NCBI GenBank assembly: GCA_965204725.1 | Contig: OZ242005.1 | Coordinates: 1,504,001-1,568,000, forward strand | Source: Candidatus Latescibacterota bacterium | GTDB taxonomy: Bacteria > Latescibacterota > UBA2968 > UBA8231 | Direction: 5' to 3' | Length of the DNA stretch: 64,000 bases | Shown here: piece after piece, positions 10,093 through 19,347 of the stretch | How the letters are laid out: each line of letters starts with the position of its first letter | How positions within the stretch are numbered: position 1 is the stretch's first letter | Notes under the pieces: generated by a model | Seen by the model: the letters and a program-made list of their open reading frames with translations, nothing else | The model's database searches: none | Told to the model about the DNA's origin: nothing | Made by a program: the position numbers and the translations under genes

Positions 10093-10896
10093 ATGATACC
10101 TCACGGATTCAAGTTCAGCCAGAGCGGCCTGACGGCCTTTGAGCGCTGTCGGCGGCAGTTTCTGTTGCGCTATGTTGAGCGGTTGGCGTGGCCGGCGCCG
10201 CTGACCGACTCGCTCGACGAGTGGGAGGCTGCGGCCGACCGCGGGCGGGCGTTCCACCAGTTTGTGTTGCAGGAGAGCTTGGGCATGGATGTGGAGGACG
10301 TGGTGCAGCAAAGCGGCGATAGGCTGTTGGCCGCTTGGTGGCGCAACTGGCGCGAGCAGCCGCCGACCGCTCCGGCCGGGGCGGTGTTCGGAGAAACCAT
10401 GCTCTCCGTGCCCCTAGCCGGTCGGCGGCTCGTCGCCAAATTCGACCGCTTGGTATTAGCCGACGACGGCCGCGCTTGGATATTCGACTGGAAAACCGGC
10501 CGCAAAAAGCCAGCGCAAGCCGCATACACCCAAAGCTGGCAAACGCTGGTCTATCGTTTTGTCTTGGTCGAGGCCGGCGCGGTCTTGAACGGAGGCCGCG
10601 CGCCCGCGCCCGACGACGTGGTGTTGGTCTATTGGCACGCCCAGTACCCGCAGGCCCTACAGCCGATTGCCTATTCGGTCGCTGAGCACGAGCGGGCGCG
10701 GAGGCTCTTGTCGGAGGCGATCTCCGCCATCGAAGCCCTCCCAGACGCGAAGGCGTACGCCAAGACCGACGATGAGAGCGAGTGCCAACGCTGCGAATTT
10801 CACACCTATTGCAACCGGCCGGCCGTGCGGAGCGACGATTGGGACCTCGACGAGGATGAGCTGGACTGGGAGCAGATTCCCGAAGCAGAGCTTTGA
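10093..10896 (+). CDS. Stand-alone PD-(D/E)xK nuclease (RecB/AddB-like) with predicted 4Fe-4S staple
   Basis: 'FSQSGL..F.RC.RQF', 'G.AFH', 'FD..', 'DWKTG', 'QTLVY' and C-terminal CxxCxxxxxC. Acidic tail. Confidence 0.85.
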   Translation: MIPHGFKFSQSGLTAFERCRRQFLLRYVERLAWPAPLTDSLDEWEAAADRGRAFHQFVLQESLGMDVEDVVQQSGDRLLAAWWRNWREQPPTAPAGAVFGETMLSVPLAGRRLVAKFDRLVLADDGRAWIFDWKTGRKKPAQAAYTQSWQTLVYRFVLVEAGAVLNGGRAPAPDDVVLVYWHAQYPQALQPIAYSVAEHERARRLLSEAISAIEALPDAKAYAKTDDESECQRCEFHTYCNRPAVRSDDWDLDEDELDWEQIPEAEL

Positions 10897-10902
10897 CGCG
10901 GG

Positions 10903-12384
10903 TCAGCCCTTGAGCGCGCCGAGCTGAATTCCGCGCACGAAGAACCGCTGGCCAAAGACAAAGAGCACGATCATCGGCAGCATCATCAGGACGCTTCCCG
11001 TCATCAAGAGCGAGTAGTTCGTCCCCTGCGAGGAATCAAAGTAGCGCAGGGCCACCGGCAGGACCCGCATGTGCTCGGAGTGGGTGACGATCAGCGGCCA
11101 TGTAAAGGACTGCCAAGTTCCCATAAAAGAGAAGATGGAGAGGGTAATCAGTGCCGGCTTGGACAGGGGCATGACGATGCTCCAGAAGGTTTTCCAGAGG
11201 TTGGCGCCGTCGATTTCAGCGGCCTCCTCCAGCCCCTTGGGCAGCCCGGTCATAAACTGGCGCATCATAAAAGTACCAAACGCCGTGAACATGGCCGGGA
11301 CGATGAGGGCTTGGAACGAGTCGAGCCAGCCGAGGCTTTTGAGGAGCACGTAGTTGGGCAGCAAGGTGACGATCCCGGGAACCATCAAGGTCGCCAAGTA
11401 GAGCAGGAAGACGGCGTCGCGGTAGCGCCATTCGAGGCGGGCAAAGGCAAAGCCGGCCATGGCCGACGTCACCACTTGGCCGACCATCACGCAGACGGCG
11501 ACGAAGAGGCTGTTCCAGCCGTAGAGCGAGAACTTGATGTCCTTGTCGCGCAAGACCCGGATGTAGTTGGACCACATAAAGCGCGGCTCGCTAATCTGCA
11601 ACACATCGCTGCCATACGCGATGCGGAGTTGGTCCTCTCCGGGGAAGCGCACGTAGAGAATGTCGCCCCCAGGCTTTTCCGTCAGGGGATCGTCGTCGCT
11701 GCGGAGCAGGGGAAAGGCCGAGCGAAAGGGAATGGTGTGGCCCTCGGCGTTGAGAATCGGCTCTTGCGCGTGGATGTCCAACACTGGGTCGCCGACGCGA
11801 TCCCAAGAAATATCGCGGTAGGTGTAGGTCGTGCCATCGGCGCGCAACAGGGGGGTGCCATCGGCGAGCGCGACCGAGGCCGGTGGCAGTTGCTCGGCCG
11901 TGCGCCAGCTCTGGCGCTGTTGCACGAGCCGCTTTTGCCACTTGTCGCGCAGGGCTTGGGTCAGCAGCAGCGGCTCCCCTGCGACGAGGACGGGCCGCCA
12001 GCGATTTTTGTACACGGCCAAGCCGCCGCGCTCTTCGACGTTTTTGCCGGGGATGGGCTGGCTGTCCGGGTCGTAGATCAGGCGGCCCTGCTGGTCGCGG
12101 ATCGGGTCGCCGGGCGCGCCGAGCATCACCGGGTTGCCCAAGGTGATGCGGATCGGGTCGCCTTGGGCGTTGAGCAGCGGCTGACCATCGCGGGTCTTGA
12201 GCAGGTCGCCTTCGTTGCCGAGGCGCACCTCCTGCGGCCATACATGGCTCTGAAAGACCTCGTTTTCGCTCTTGAGCGAGGTGAGCACCATCCACAGGAA
12301 CGGCACGAGCGTGGTAAAGCCAAAGAGGACGAGCAGCCCGTGGCTCAGCGAGTGGATCGCGGTGTGGTGCGCGACTTTGGCCAT
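10903..12384 (-). CDS. Carbohydrate ABC transporter permease (MalG-like) with large extracytoplasmic insertion
   Basis: EAA motif 'EEAAEIDGA', 'PFLWM..TSLK' start. About 220 extra residues before 'WSNY'. Confidence 0.9.
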   Translation of the reverse strand: MAKVAHHTAIHSLSHGLLVLFGFTTLVPFLWMVLTSLKSENEVFQSHVWPQEVRLGNEGDLLKTRDGQPLLNAQGDPIRITLGNPVMLGAPGDPIRDQQGRLIYDPDSQPIPGKNVEERGGLAVYKNRWRPVLVAGEPLLLTQALRDKWQKRLVQQRQSWRTAEQLPPASVALADGTPLLRADGTTYTYRDISWDRVGDPVLDIHAQEPILNAEGHTIPFRSAFPLLRSDDDPLTEKPGGDILYVRFPGEDQLRIAYGSDVLQISEPRFMWSNYIRVLRDKDIKFSLYGWNSLFVAVCVMVGQVVTSAMAGFAFARLEWRYRDAVFLLYLATLMVPGIVTLLPNYVLLKSLGWLDSFQALIVPAMFTAFGTFMMRQFMTGLPKGLEEAAEIDGANLWKTFWSIVMPLSKPALITLSIFSFMGTWQSFTWPLIVTHSEHMRVLPVALRYFDSSQGTNYSLLMTGSVLMMLPMIVLFVFGQRFFVRGIQLGALKG

Positions 12385-12396
12385 GCGCTTGGCCCC

Positions 12397-13554
12397 TTAG
12401 TTGACCGCGCCCCGACCGAAGCGCCAGTTGAACAGGGTGATGGTAAAGATGATGACGAACATAAACCAAGCCACGGCGGCCGCGTACCCGAACTCTAGGT
12501 TTTCAAAGGCCGAGCGGTAGATGTAGTAGCCGAGCGTTACGGTGTTGTCGCCGTCCTTGCCCGGGCCGCCGTTGGTCATCAGGTAAGCAATCTCAAAGCC
12601 TCCTTGCAGCCCGCCGATAATGGACATGACGCATATAAAAAAGGTAGTAGGGGCGATCATCGGCCACGTGATGTGCCAAAACTGCTGCCACTTGGAAGCC
12701 CCGTCGATGTCGGAGGCTTCGTATAGCTCCTCGGGCACGTTGGCGAGGGCCGCCAGATAGAGGATCATGTTGCCCCCGCCCATAGACGCCCAGATGCCCA
12801 TGAAGATGATGGCCGTTTTGGCCCAATAGGCCGCTTGCTCTAGGCCGAGCCAAGCCAGCCAGCCCAAATCGACGCTGCTCGAAAGCCAGTTGGGCAGGTC
12901 GTCGATGCTGTCGAGGCCAGACAGGAGGGCCAGCCGCCCGGACAGCCACGCCCACGGGCCGCCGTACTCGTATAGGCCGCTGACGATCCAGTAGAGTGCG
13001 GCGGCCGCAAGGAGGGCGAACAAGACTTGAGCCGAGCGCGCCGATGCGGCCTTGCGCGCCAGCGATTGCAGGACCCAGATCACCACCACGAGCGCCGCGC
13101 CGCGCACCACCAGCGAGAAATGAGGCCAAGACAGCACGGGCAATAAGATGGAGTTGACCAGCCCGTACTTGGGGTTGTAGAGCCACTTCCAGAGCAAGAA
13201 CAGCGCGACCCCATTGGTGACGGTGGGGAGGTAGAACACCGTGCGATAGACGATGATGCCGCGCAGCTTTTGCGACAGGACGATGGCCAACAGGAGCGAG
13301 CCGCCGATGGACAGGGGCAGGCCGATCATGAGAAAAACCGTGTTGTACAGGTAAAACCACAGCTTGGGGTCGGTCAGCAGCCGAATGAAGTTGTCGAAGC
13401 CAATGAAGCGGGGCGCGGAGAACGTGTCCCACTGAAAGAACGCGAGGCCAAAGGAGAACAGCACCGGCAGGGACGTGAAGATCAAAAACCCGGTCAGATT
13501 GGGCGCGAGGAAGAGCAGCGCCCAGCGCATAATTCTCTTTTCGCGGGGCTTCAA
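12397..13554 (-). CDS. Carbohydrate ABC transporter permease (MalF/UgpA-like)
   Basis: 'ELYEASDIDGA', 'MTNGGP', 'GYAAAVAW'. Extra TM insertion mid-protein. Confidence 0.9.
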   Translation of the reverse strand: MKPREKRIMRWALLFLAPNLTGFLIFTSLPVLFSFGLAFFQWDTFSAPRFIGFDNFIRLLTDPKLWFYLYNTVFLMIGLPLSIGGSLLLAIVLSQKLRGIIVYRTVFYLPTVTNGVALFLLWKWLYNPKYGLVNSILLPVLSWPHFSLVVRGAALVVVIWVLQSLARKAASARSAQVLFALLAAAALYWIVSGLYEYGGPWAWLSGRLALLSGLDSIDDLPNWLSSSVDLGWLAWLGLEQAAYWAKTAIIFMGIWASMGGGNMILYLAALANVPEELYEASDIDGASKWQQFWHITWPMIAPTTFFICVMSIIGGLQGGFEIAYLMTNGGPGKDGDNTVTLGYYIYRSAFENLEFGYAAAVAWFMFVIIFTITLFNWRFGRGAVN

Positions 13555-15260
13555 GCGTCCATCTCCGCGCCTTGCCGCCGGGCGTAGAACGCCAAGCCGC
13601 CGCCGATTGCCGCGAGGAGGGCTGCGATCCCGAAGAGGTCGAGCGCGTGGCTGCGGCTGGAGAGGGTGCGATTGCGCTTGGCCTTGGCGAGGGCCTCGCT
13701 CATGCGGGCGGACATTTCGGCGACGGCCGCTTGGCCCAGCGTGGGGTTGCCCACGGCGTCGAGGTCGGGCGTGCGGCCGAGGAAGCGATAGGTCTGGCGG
13801 GCCGTTGAATCGGCTGGCTGATACGCCGCGTTGATCAGGTTGGTGCTCAGCGCGCCCTGCAAGCGGGTGATGTCAAAGGCGGCTCCGTAGGCGGCCGCTT
13901 GCTCGGCGACCGCGTGCTCCATGGCGTCGAGCAGGGCCGAGCGGTGTTGGTCCTCATCGGGAAATTCGGGGTCGGGCTGGGAGAAATAGCGCACTGAGAA
14001 CTGCTTGCGGCTGCCGAAGGCATCGGCGTCTTTGGTCAACAAGTTGTTGAAGTCGGGGCTGGACAGGTATTCCAAAAAGTAAAAGGCCTCCCGCTCGTGC
14101 TCAGTGCCCTTGCGGATGGCCGTCACCCGCCCGCCCATCTCGGCGGCCTTGCCGCGGTGGCGGCCCGTTGCGCTGACTTCGCCCCAAGGGCCGTCGCGCC
14201 GGCTCGGATTGGCGCGTATCTCCGGGTCGCTCATCCAGCGCTCCCACTCTTCGTAGGGCACGTAGCGGGGCATGGGGTAAATCTCGGTAGTAAAGCGGGC
14301 TTCGCGGCGCACCTTGATCAGCCCCCAGCGACCGATGAGGATGGTGCCCAATTTGCCCGCCGCGTAAAGCCCCAGTATGGATTGCCCGCCCCAGCCGCCG
14401 CCGCCTGTTTGCGCGGATTGGTCTTCGGCCGAGGGGACTACGTGGAAGGTGTTGACCAGATCGTACAGATATTGCGCGGCCGCCGCGCCGCCCGGGGAAT
14501 CGAGGGCGATTGCAGTGCCATCGTCGTTGAGGAGGCGGCCGCCGGCTTGGTAGATGAGGTTGTTCAGCCCGCCGCCAAAGCCCGGCCCGCCCGAGCCAAA
14601 GGTCTCGTAGCGTCGGCCATCGGCGCTCTTTTTGGTCAGGGCCTGACACAAGAGGACGTAGTCCCACCAAGTCCAGTGGTTCCACGGCAGGGGCGGCATG
14701 GCCAAGTTTTGCGCTTGCCGCTGGCGGGCGACCGCGTCGTAGAGCGAGCGGTTGAGAAAGGTGACGCTGGTGGTGACGTTGTTGGGGACGGCAAAGATGC
14801 GAAAGCGCTCGTACTCGTCGGCGTCGGCCAGCGCACCGGCTACGGGTACGGCGAGGGCGTTGCGCCGATGCAGCCAGAAGTCGTCGAGGCTCAGCTTGGC
14901 CTCGCGCATGTAGTCGTTTAGATCGACCATGACGCCCTTAGAGGCGTAGAGCGCGAAGGTCGCATAGCTGTAGATGTCAAAGACGTCGGGGCCGGAGCCG
15001 GCCGCCGCTTGGGTGAGAATTTTTTGCACATCCGCGCTCGGGTCGAGGACGACGCGCACCTTCTTGTCTTCGTAGAGCCGATTGAAGAGGGCCATTTGTT
15101 CGGTGCGCGCTGGATTGGGATCCGAAGCCCAGCGGATGACCGTGTATTCGCCGCCGGCCGACGGATCGTCTGGATAGACGGATAAGCCCCAGCGGTTGAG
15201 GGCGTACCAACCGGCCAAGATCAAGGCGAGGACGACGAGGGTCGTAGATAAATCGCGCAA
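13551..15260 (-). CDS. Carbohydrate ABC extracellular solute-binding protein (family 1) with N- and C-terminal TM anchors
   Basis: 'AAGSGPDVF', 'W.W.DY', 'A..FLEYL.S'. Hydrophobic segments at both ends. Upstream of two permeases. Confidence 0.8.
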   Translation of the reverse strand: MRDLSTTLVVLALILAGWYALNRWGLSVYPDDPSAGGEYTVIRWASDPNPARTEQMALFNRLYEDKKVRVVLDPSADVQKILTQAAAGSGPDVFDIYSYATFALYASKGVMVDLNDYMREAKLSLDDFWLHRRNALAVPVAGALADADEYERFRIFAVPNNVTTSVTFLNRSLYDAVARQRQAQNLAMPPLPWNHWTWWDYVLLCQALTKKSADGRRYETFGSGGPGFGGGLNNLIYQAGGRLLNDDGTAIALDSPGGAAAAQYLYDLVNTFHVVPSAEDQSAQTGGGGWGGQSILGLYAAGKLGTILIGRWGLIKVRREARFTTEIYPMPRYVPYEEWERWMSDPEIRANPSRRDGPWGEVSATGRHRGKAAEMGGRVTAIRKGTEHEREAFYFLEYLSSPDFNNLLTKDADAFGSRKQFSVRYFSQPDPEFPDEDQHRSALLDAMEHAVAEQAAAYGAAFDITRLQGALSTNLINAAYQPADSTARQTYRFLGRTPDLDAVGNPTLGQAAVAEMSARMSEALAKAKRNRTLSSRSHALDLFGIAALLAAIGGGLAFYARRQGAEMDA

Positions 15261-15296
15261 GGAAAGACTCGTTGAGGATGCGAGGCGAAAGGTGCA

Positions 15297-15324
15297 AGTG
15301 TAAATAAAAACGCGGGCTTGTCAA
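15297..15324 (-). promoter_or_regulatory. Putative sigma70 promoter for the ABC importer
   Basis: Minus strand TTGACA (15324-15319), 16-bp spacer, TACACT (15302-15297). Confidence 0.55.
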
Positions 15325-15360
15325 TGCGCTGCCAGACGGCCGGACTGAATAACTATGCCT

Positions 15361-15408
15361 ATTAACTAAATAAAATTCCTTGACATGTCTGCGGATAGCC
15401 CATAAATT
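15361..15408 (+). promoter_or_regulatory. Putative sigma70 promoter with AT-rich UP-like element for the envelope locus
   Basis: TTGACA (15380-15385), 17-bp spacer, TAAATT (15403-15408), preceded by ATTAACTAAATAAAATT. Confidence 0.65.
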
Positions 15409-15547
15409 GCCGCTTTCGTTTTTCGCTGATTACCCGTTGCCAAAGGAGATTTTCCTGCAACCGCATCGCCGACAACCCCCCCGGCCAAGTCTTGGTTTTG
15501 GCCGCTTTATTCATCCAACTCATTCCATCTTATTTGGAGGTTTCACA

Positions 15548-16462
15548 ATGAAGAGACTGAGTCTTTTCGCCTTGGTCGCGGTGATGACTGCTTCGGCGGC
15601 TTTCGCGCATCAAGCCAATTATTTCATGCCGCAGATTCCCAACCCCGACAACATGGTCATTGACGGCAACGACGATGACTGGGGCTGGATTGACCCGGCT
15701 TTTGCCATCAACCCGGATACCCTGTTTGAGATACTCGGTAGCGAGTGGCCCCCGGCCAAAGACGACTGGGACTGCGTTCTCTACGTGGCTTGGAGCTCGG
15801 CACCCGACAATTCGCTCTACTACTTTGCGCGGGTTACCGATGATTCGCTGGGCCTTTTCGTCGAGAACCCACAGGAGTATTGGAAGGACGACTCCCTCGA
15901 AATCATCATTGACGCCGACCACTCGAGCGAGAACTTCAACGAGACCGAAATGACCTCCGGTCAGCAGTACGGCATCCGCGTCCTGCCCGCCGCAGGTCAG
16001 AAGGATACTTGGATCTTCAACGTGCCGCAGGAGAGCATCTTGTGGTCCACCGAGCGTCCTTGGTTCGTCTATGAGTGGACCCTCGATCCGCCGGACGCTC
16101 GTCCGCTGGAGCAGCCCGCGGGTAGCTCGGTGACCTATACGTACGAGGTCAAGCAGGCCGTGTGGTCCTTCCACGACAAAACGGGTCCCGACGGCAGTGC
16201 CCGCCACAACTTTGCCTCCGACCAGATCATCGGTCTGACCTTCCAGTTTGACGAGACTGAGAATCCCGAGGTTGGCCGCGAAAAGCAGCCGGGCACTACG
16301 CCGGTCAACGGCGCATTCCAAGACAACTCGAATGGCTCGGACTTCATCACGGTGGAGACCGAAGGTGCTACGGGCGGCACGGGCGGCACCGGCGAGGGCG
16401 GCGACGATACGTCTGTCGAGGCCGATAGCTGGGGTCGGATCAAGAGCTACATGTCCAACTAA
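15548..16462 (+). CDS. Secreted CBM9/DOMON-like protein with Gly/Thr linker and C-terminal 'SVE..SWG.IK' motif
   Basis: GGAGG RBS and signal peptide. 'IDGNDDDW', 'LYYFARVTDD', 'WKDDSLEIIID', 'YTYEV' are CBM9-like. Ends GGTGGTGEGGDDTSVEADSWGRIKSYMSN. Confidence 0.65.
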   Translation: MKRLSLFALVAVMTASAAFAHQANYFMPQIPNPDNMVIDGNDDDWGWIDPAFAINPDTLFEILGSEWPPAKDDWDCVLYVAWSSAPDNSLYYFARVTDDSLGLFVENPQEYWKDDSLEIIIDADHSSENFNETEMTSGQQYGIRVLPAAGQKDTWIFNVPQESILWSTERPWFVYEWTLDPPDARPLEQPAGSSVTYTYEVKQAVWSFHDKTGPDGSARHNFASDQIIGLTFQFDETENPEVGREKQPGTTPVNGAFQDNSNGSDFITVETEGATGGTGGTGEGGDDTSVEADSWGRIKSYMSN

Positions 16463-16501
16463 GCACACCCGCTAGCGTCTTTCGCTAGACACAGGTAGTA
16501 G

Positions 16502-16545
16502 ATGAAGGGAGATGAGGGCGACTTCATCTCCCTTCATTATTTATA
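16502..16545 (+). terminator. Strong hairpin (attenuator/terminator or mRNA-stabilising stem)
   Basis: Perfect 14-bp inverted repeat ATGAAGGGAGATGA / TCATCTCCCTTCAT closing a GCGA tetraloop, followed by TATTTATA. Confidence 0.7.
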
Positions 16546-16605
16546 CAACGTAGCCGGGTAAGTCGTGCATGCGTTCGACGAGGAAAGAGCATGAGGAGGG
16601 CATGA

Positions 16606-17349
16606 TTGATGAGCATACGCAACATCGCAACGAGTGGGCTTTTGATAGCCCTGTTGGTGCTGGCCGGGTGCCTCTCGCAGGTGGGGCTGCGGCGCTTTGC
16701 CACGTTTCCCGAGCCCGTGCCGCAACAAGACGAGGCCATGACCGTCCTCGACGATGGCGCGATCGTCTATGCCAAAGATCGCTTGGAGGTCTCGCTTCAG
16801 GTGTTGGACGATGGATTCCTCAATCGCCAGTTCGCGGCCGATTCGAGGAAGGGGGCTGAGTCAACCAATCCATACACCTATGGCAATTGGAAGCCTTGGG
16901 GCCAAAATTGGACCCCAGCGCGCTTTACCGTGGTCTTGCTCAAGGTCAAAAACTACGAGTATCCCAAAGTCTTTATCGATCCCACGGAACTGGTGATCGT
17001 TACCTCGAACAACCGAGTGTACAATGCGCTCGACAGCGGCCTACTCGAAGATCACTTCAGCCCGTATCTGCGGGCGTATGCCGGCAACCAGCGGCAGCAG
17101 TTTGAGGCGACCACCGATTTGCTCAAACGCACCGTGTATCCGCCCGACATGGTCTTTTCCGGCCAAGAGTCCACGGGGTACATCATCTTTCCGGTTTTGC
17201 ACCGCGACGTGAGCGACTTCACAGTCAGCGTCCCGGACATGGCCGTGCGCTTCGACTACAAAGGAGAAGCGGTGGAGACCCTAGACCTAGCGTTCAAATT
17301 CCAACGCGAAATTTACCACGCCCTCCATCCCCGCACGGAGACGCCGTAA
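16606..17349 (+). CDS. Hypothetical lipoprotein
   Basis: GAGGAGG RBS, lipobox 'LAGC'. Stop overlaps the next ATG (TAATG). Confidence 0.75.
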   Translation: MMSIRNIATSGLLIALLVLAGCLSQVGLRRFATFPEPVPQQDEAMTVLDDGAIVYAKDRLEVSLQVLDDGFLNRQFAADSRKGAESTNPYTYGNWKPWGQNWTPARFTVVLLKVKNYEYPKVFIDPTELVIVTSNNRVYNALDSGLLEDHFSPYLRAYAGNQRQQFEATTDLLKRTVYPPDMVFSGQESTGYIIFPVLHRDVSDFTVSVPDMAVRFDYKGEAVETLDLAFKFQREIYHALHPRTETP

Positions 17350-19310
17350 TGCGCCGGGGAATGGTCCGCATTGCGGCCTTGGGGTGCGCCCTGTGCATTG
17401 GGACGCCGTGGCTCGCGGCCGACGAATGGGTGCTCGGAGGCAGTGGATTTCCTTGGGGCGAGCTCGTACAGGTCCGCGCCCAAATCGACGACCAGAGCAG
17501 CCCAGGCGCGATTCAACTGCGCGGCTTTACGCCCGACGAGAACATCATCACCTCGCTCGCTTGGGCGTATGGCAAGCCCAACGACTTGGTCAGCGAGGGC
17601 AATGCGGCGCTGTGGGACAATACGGCGGCCAAGAATTCCATTTCCCTGTCCATCGTCGATGGCGACGACACCACGAGCACCGCCGACCTGTTCAAAACCG
17701 CCGGCGTCGATCAAGACGGGCGCACGTTCTTTTTAGACATGGGCTCGCGCGTACCCGCCGACAGCTTGGTATTCTTTCCGCGGCAAGAGGGGACCCATGC
17801 CAACGGCAAGCCCTTTAGCGCCGATTTTGTCCGCAAGCACCGGATTTCCGTCAGCGATGGGCTGACCTACGTGAACGAGCAGCCGCTGTTCGCCTTGCTG
17901 CGCGACATTCCGGTGAACCCCAACAGCGTGTTCACCATGAAGTTTCCCCAGCAGTTCATTCGGTTTATTCAGTTGCGAGTGGGGTCGCGGAGCCCCTTTG
18001 AGATCGCCGAATTTGAGCTGTACGGCAACGGCTTTGTGCCGCGGGCCACGTATCGCAGCCAAGTCATCGACTTGGGCGAGGTGTCCAACTACGGCACCAT
18101 ATCTTGGGTCCAGCGCACGCTAGAACTGGTCGATGGCGAGTTGGTTGAGTTGCCGGCCGAGGGGCAGACCTCGGTCTCGGTGCGGATGAAGACGGGCCAA
18201 GACGACAGCCCGCTGGTTCACTTTCAAAAGGTGGTTGACAACGAAACGCGCGCAGTGAGCCAAGTGGTGGTCTCAGAAGCGGATTACAACAAGCTGTCCT
18301 CGGGCACAAAGGGCGACATTGAGAACGACGCAGACAACTGGAGCCCTTGGTCGTTGCCGCTCGAGTCCGGGCAGTTGATCCCGTTGCCTAGCCCGCGGCC
18401 TTACTTTCAGTTGCAGATCGTCATGGAGAGCCAATCCGTGACCCAGACGGTGCGCATTGACTCGTTGCGGATTGAGCATTCGCTGCCCCCGGCCGCGGCG
18501 GTCGTCGGCGAGATCTCCTTGGCCGACGAGCCCAACCCACCGGCCGACATCGGCGTAATCGACAAAGACGATACGGTCGTGCTGCCGAGTATTGACGGGG
18601 GCGCAGAGGTGCTCTTCGCCTACGATGTGCGAGCCGTGATCAACAACAACCAAAACGGCTTTGATGCCTTGCGCATTGACACGCCGACGCCGGTGCGCTT
18701 TGTCGGCTTGCAGATGGGTGAGCCGCTTGAGCCGGTGGAGCCGGATCGCGTGAGCGCGGGCGATCGGAGCCTCGAAGTGGTGTTCACCAGCAACAAGATA
18801 ACCTTTGACAACAACGTGCCACTGCGTGTGCTCTTTGAGGGGTCGGCCGTGGTGTTCGGCACGATTTTCACTGGCACGGTCTGGGATACGCAGGCCGATA
18901 TCCTCGGCCAGCCCGTGCTCGAAGGCGACGCCAATTTCGACGTCAGCACCAACTCGCTGCGCGTGGCCCTAACCCAGAAGTCCGTGGGCGAAATCGTCCG
19001 CGCCATAGCGTTTAACCCCTCGGTTTTCACCCCCAATGGCGATGGCGTCAACGACCGCATCGCCATCCAATACACCGTAATCCAGATTTCCGAGCCCAAG
19101 CCCATTGAGGTGGCCGTGTACGACTTGGCGGGGCGGTTGGTGCGCGTCTTGGCCGACCGCGATCAGACCGGCGGGATTTACACCGAGATGTGGGATGGGC
19201 GCAACGATAGCGGCGAGGCCGTGCCCCCGGGCAGCTACGTGGTCTCGCTCGCCGTGGACAGTGGGATCGGCAACTTCAGGCGAGTCGGCGTCGTCGGCGT
19301 GGCCTATTGA
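17349..19310 (+). CDS. Secreted discoidin-like/Ig protein with PNGDG-FlgD-Ig C-terminal domain (paralog 1)
   Basis: Signal peptide, 'IVDGD..T', 'LDMG', 'VIDLG', 'WSPWS', 'GFD.L', 'FTPNGDGVND', 'YDLAGRLVR', 'WDGRND.G..V.PG.Y'. Ends VGVAY. Confidence 0.75.
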   Translation: MRRGMVRIAALGCALCIGTPWLAADEWVLGGSGFPWGELVQVRAQIDDQSSPGAIQLRGFTPDENIITSLAWAYGKPNDLVSEGNAALWDNTAAKNSISLSIVDGDDTTSTADLFKTAGVDQDGRTFFLDMGSRVPADSLVFFPRQEGTHANGKPFSADFVRKHRISVSDGLTYVNEQPLFALLRDIPVNPNSVFTMKFPQQFIRFIQLRVGSRSPFEIAEFELYGNGFVPRATYRSQVIDLGEVSNYGTISWVQRTLELVDGELVELPAEGQTSVSVRMKTGQDDSPLVHFQKVVDNETRAVSQVVVSEADYNKLSSGTKGDIENDADNWSPWSLPLESGQLIPLPSPRPYFQLQIVMESQSVTQTVRIDSLRIEHSLPPAAAVVGEISLADEPNPPADIGVIDKDDTVVLPSIDGGAEVLFAYDVRAVINNNQNGFDALRIDTPTPVRFVGLQMGEPLEPVEPDRVSAGDRSLEVVFTSNKITFDNNVPLRVLFEGSAVVFGTIFTGTVWDTQADILGQPVLEGDANFDVSTNSLRVALTQKSVGEIVRAIAFNPSVFTPNGDGVNDRIAIQYTVIQISEPKPIEVAVYDLAGRLVRVLADRDQTGGIYTEMWDGRNDSGEAVPPGSYVVSLAVDSGIGNFRRVGVVGVAY

Positions 19311-19347
19311 TGCGGACCAGCAAAGATTCAAAAGGGAGGGTTTTAGC

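Noticed and set aside
10093-10896. Cas4-like nuclease suggesting a CRISPR-Cas locus
   Set aside because: No cas1/cas2 and no repeat-spacer array in the window. The helicase context fits an AddB/RecB-type nuclease better.
19105-19347. Extended N-termini in the ORF track (also 1814, 6537, 15380, 29800, 34250, 43889, 60364)
   Set aside because: They overlap upstream genes or intergenic DNA. Downstream starts with an RBS or stop/start coupling and signal peptides fit better.
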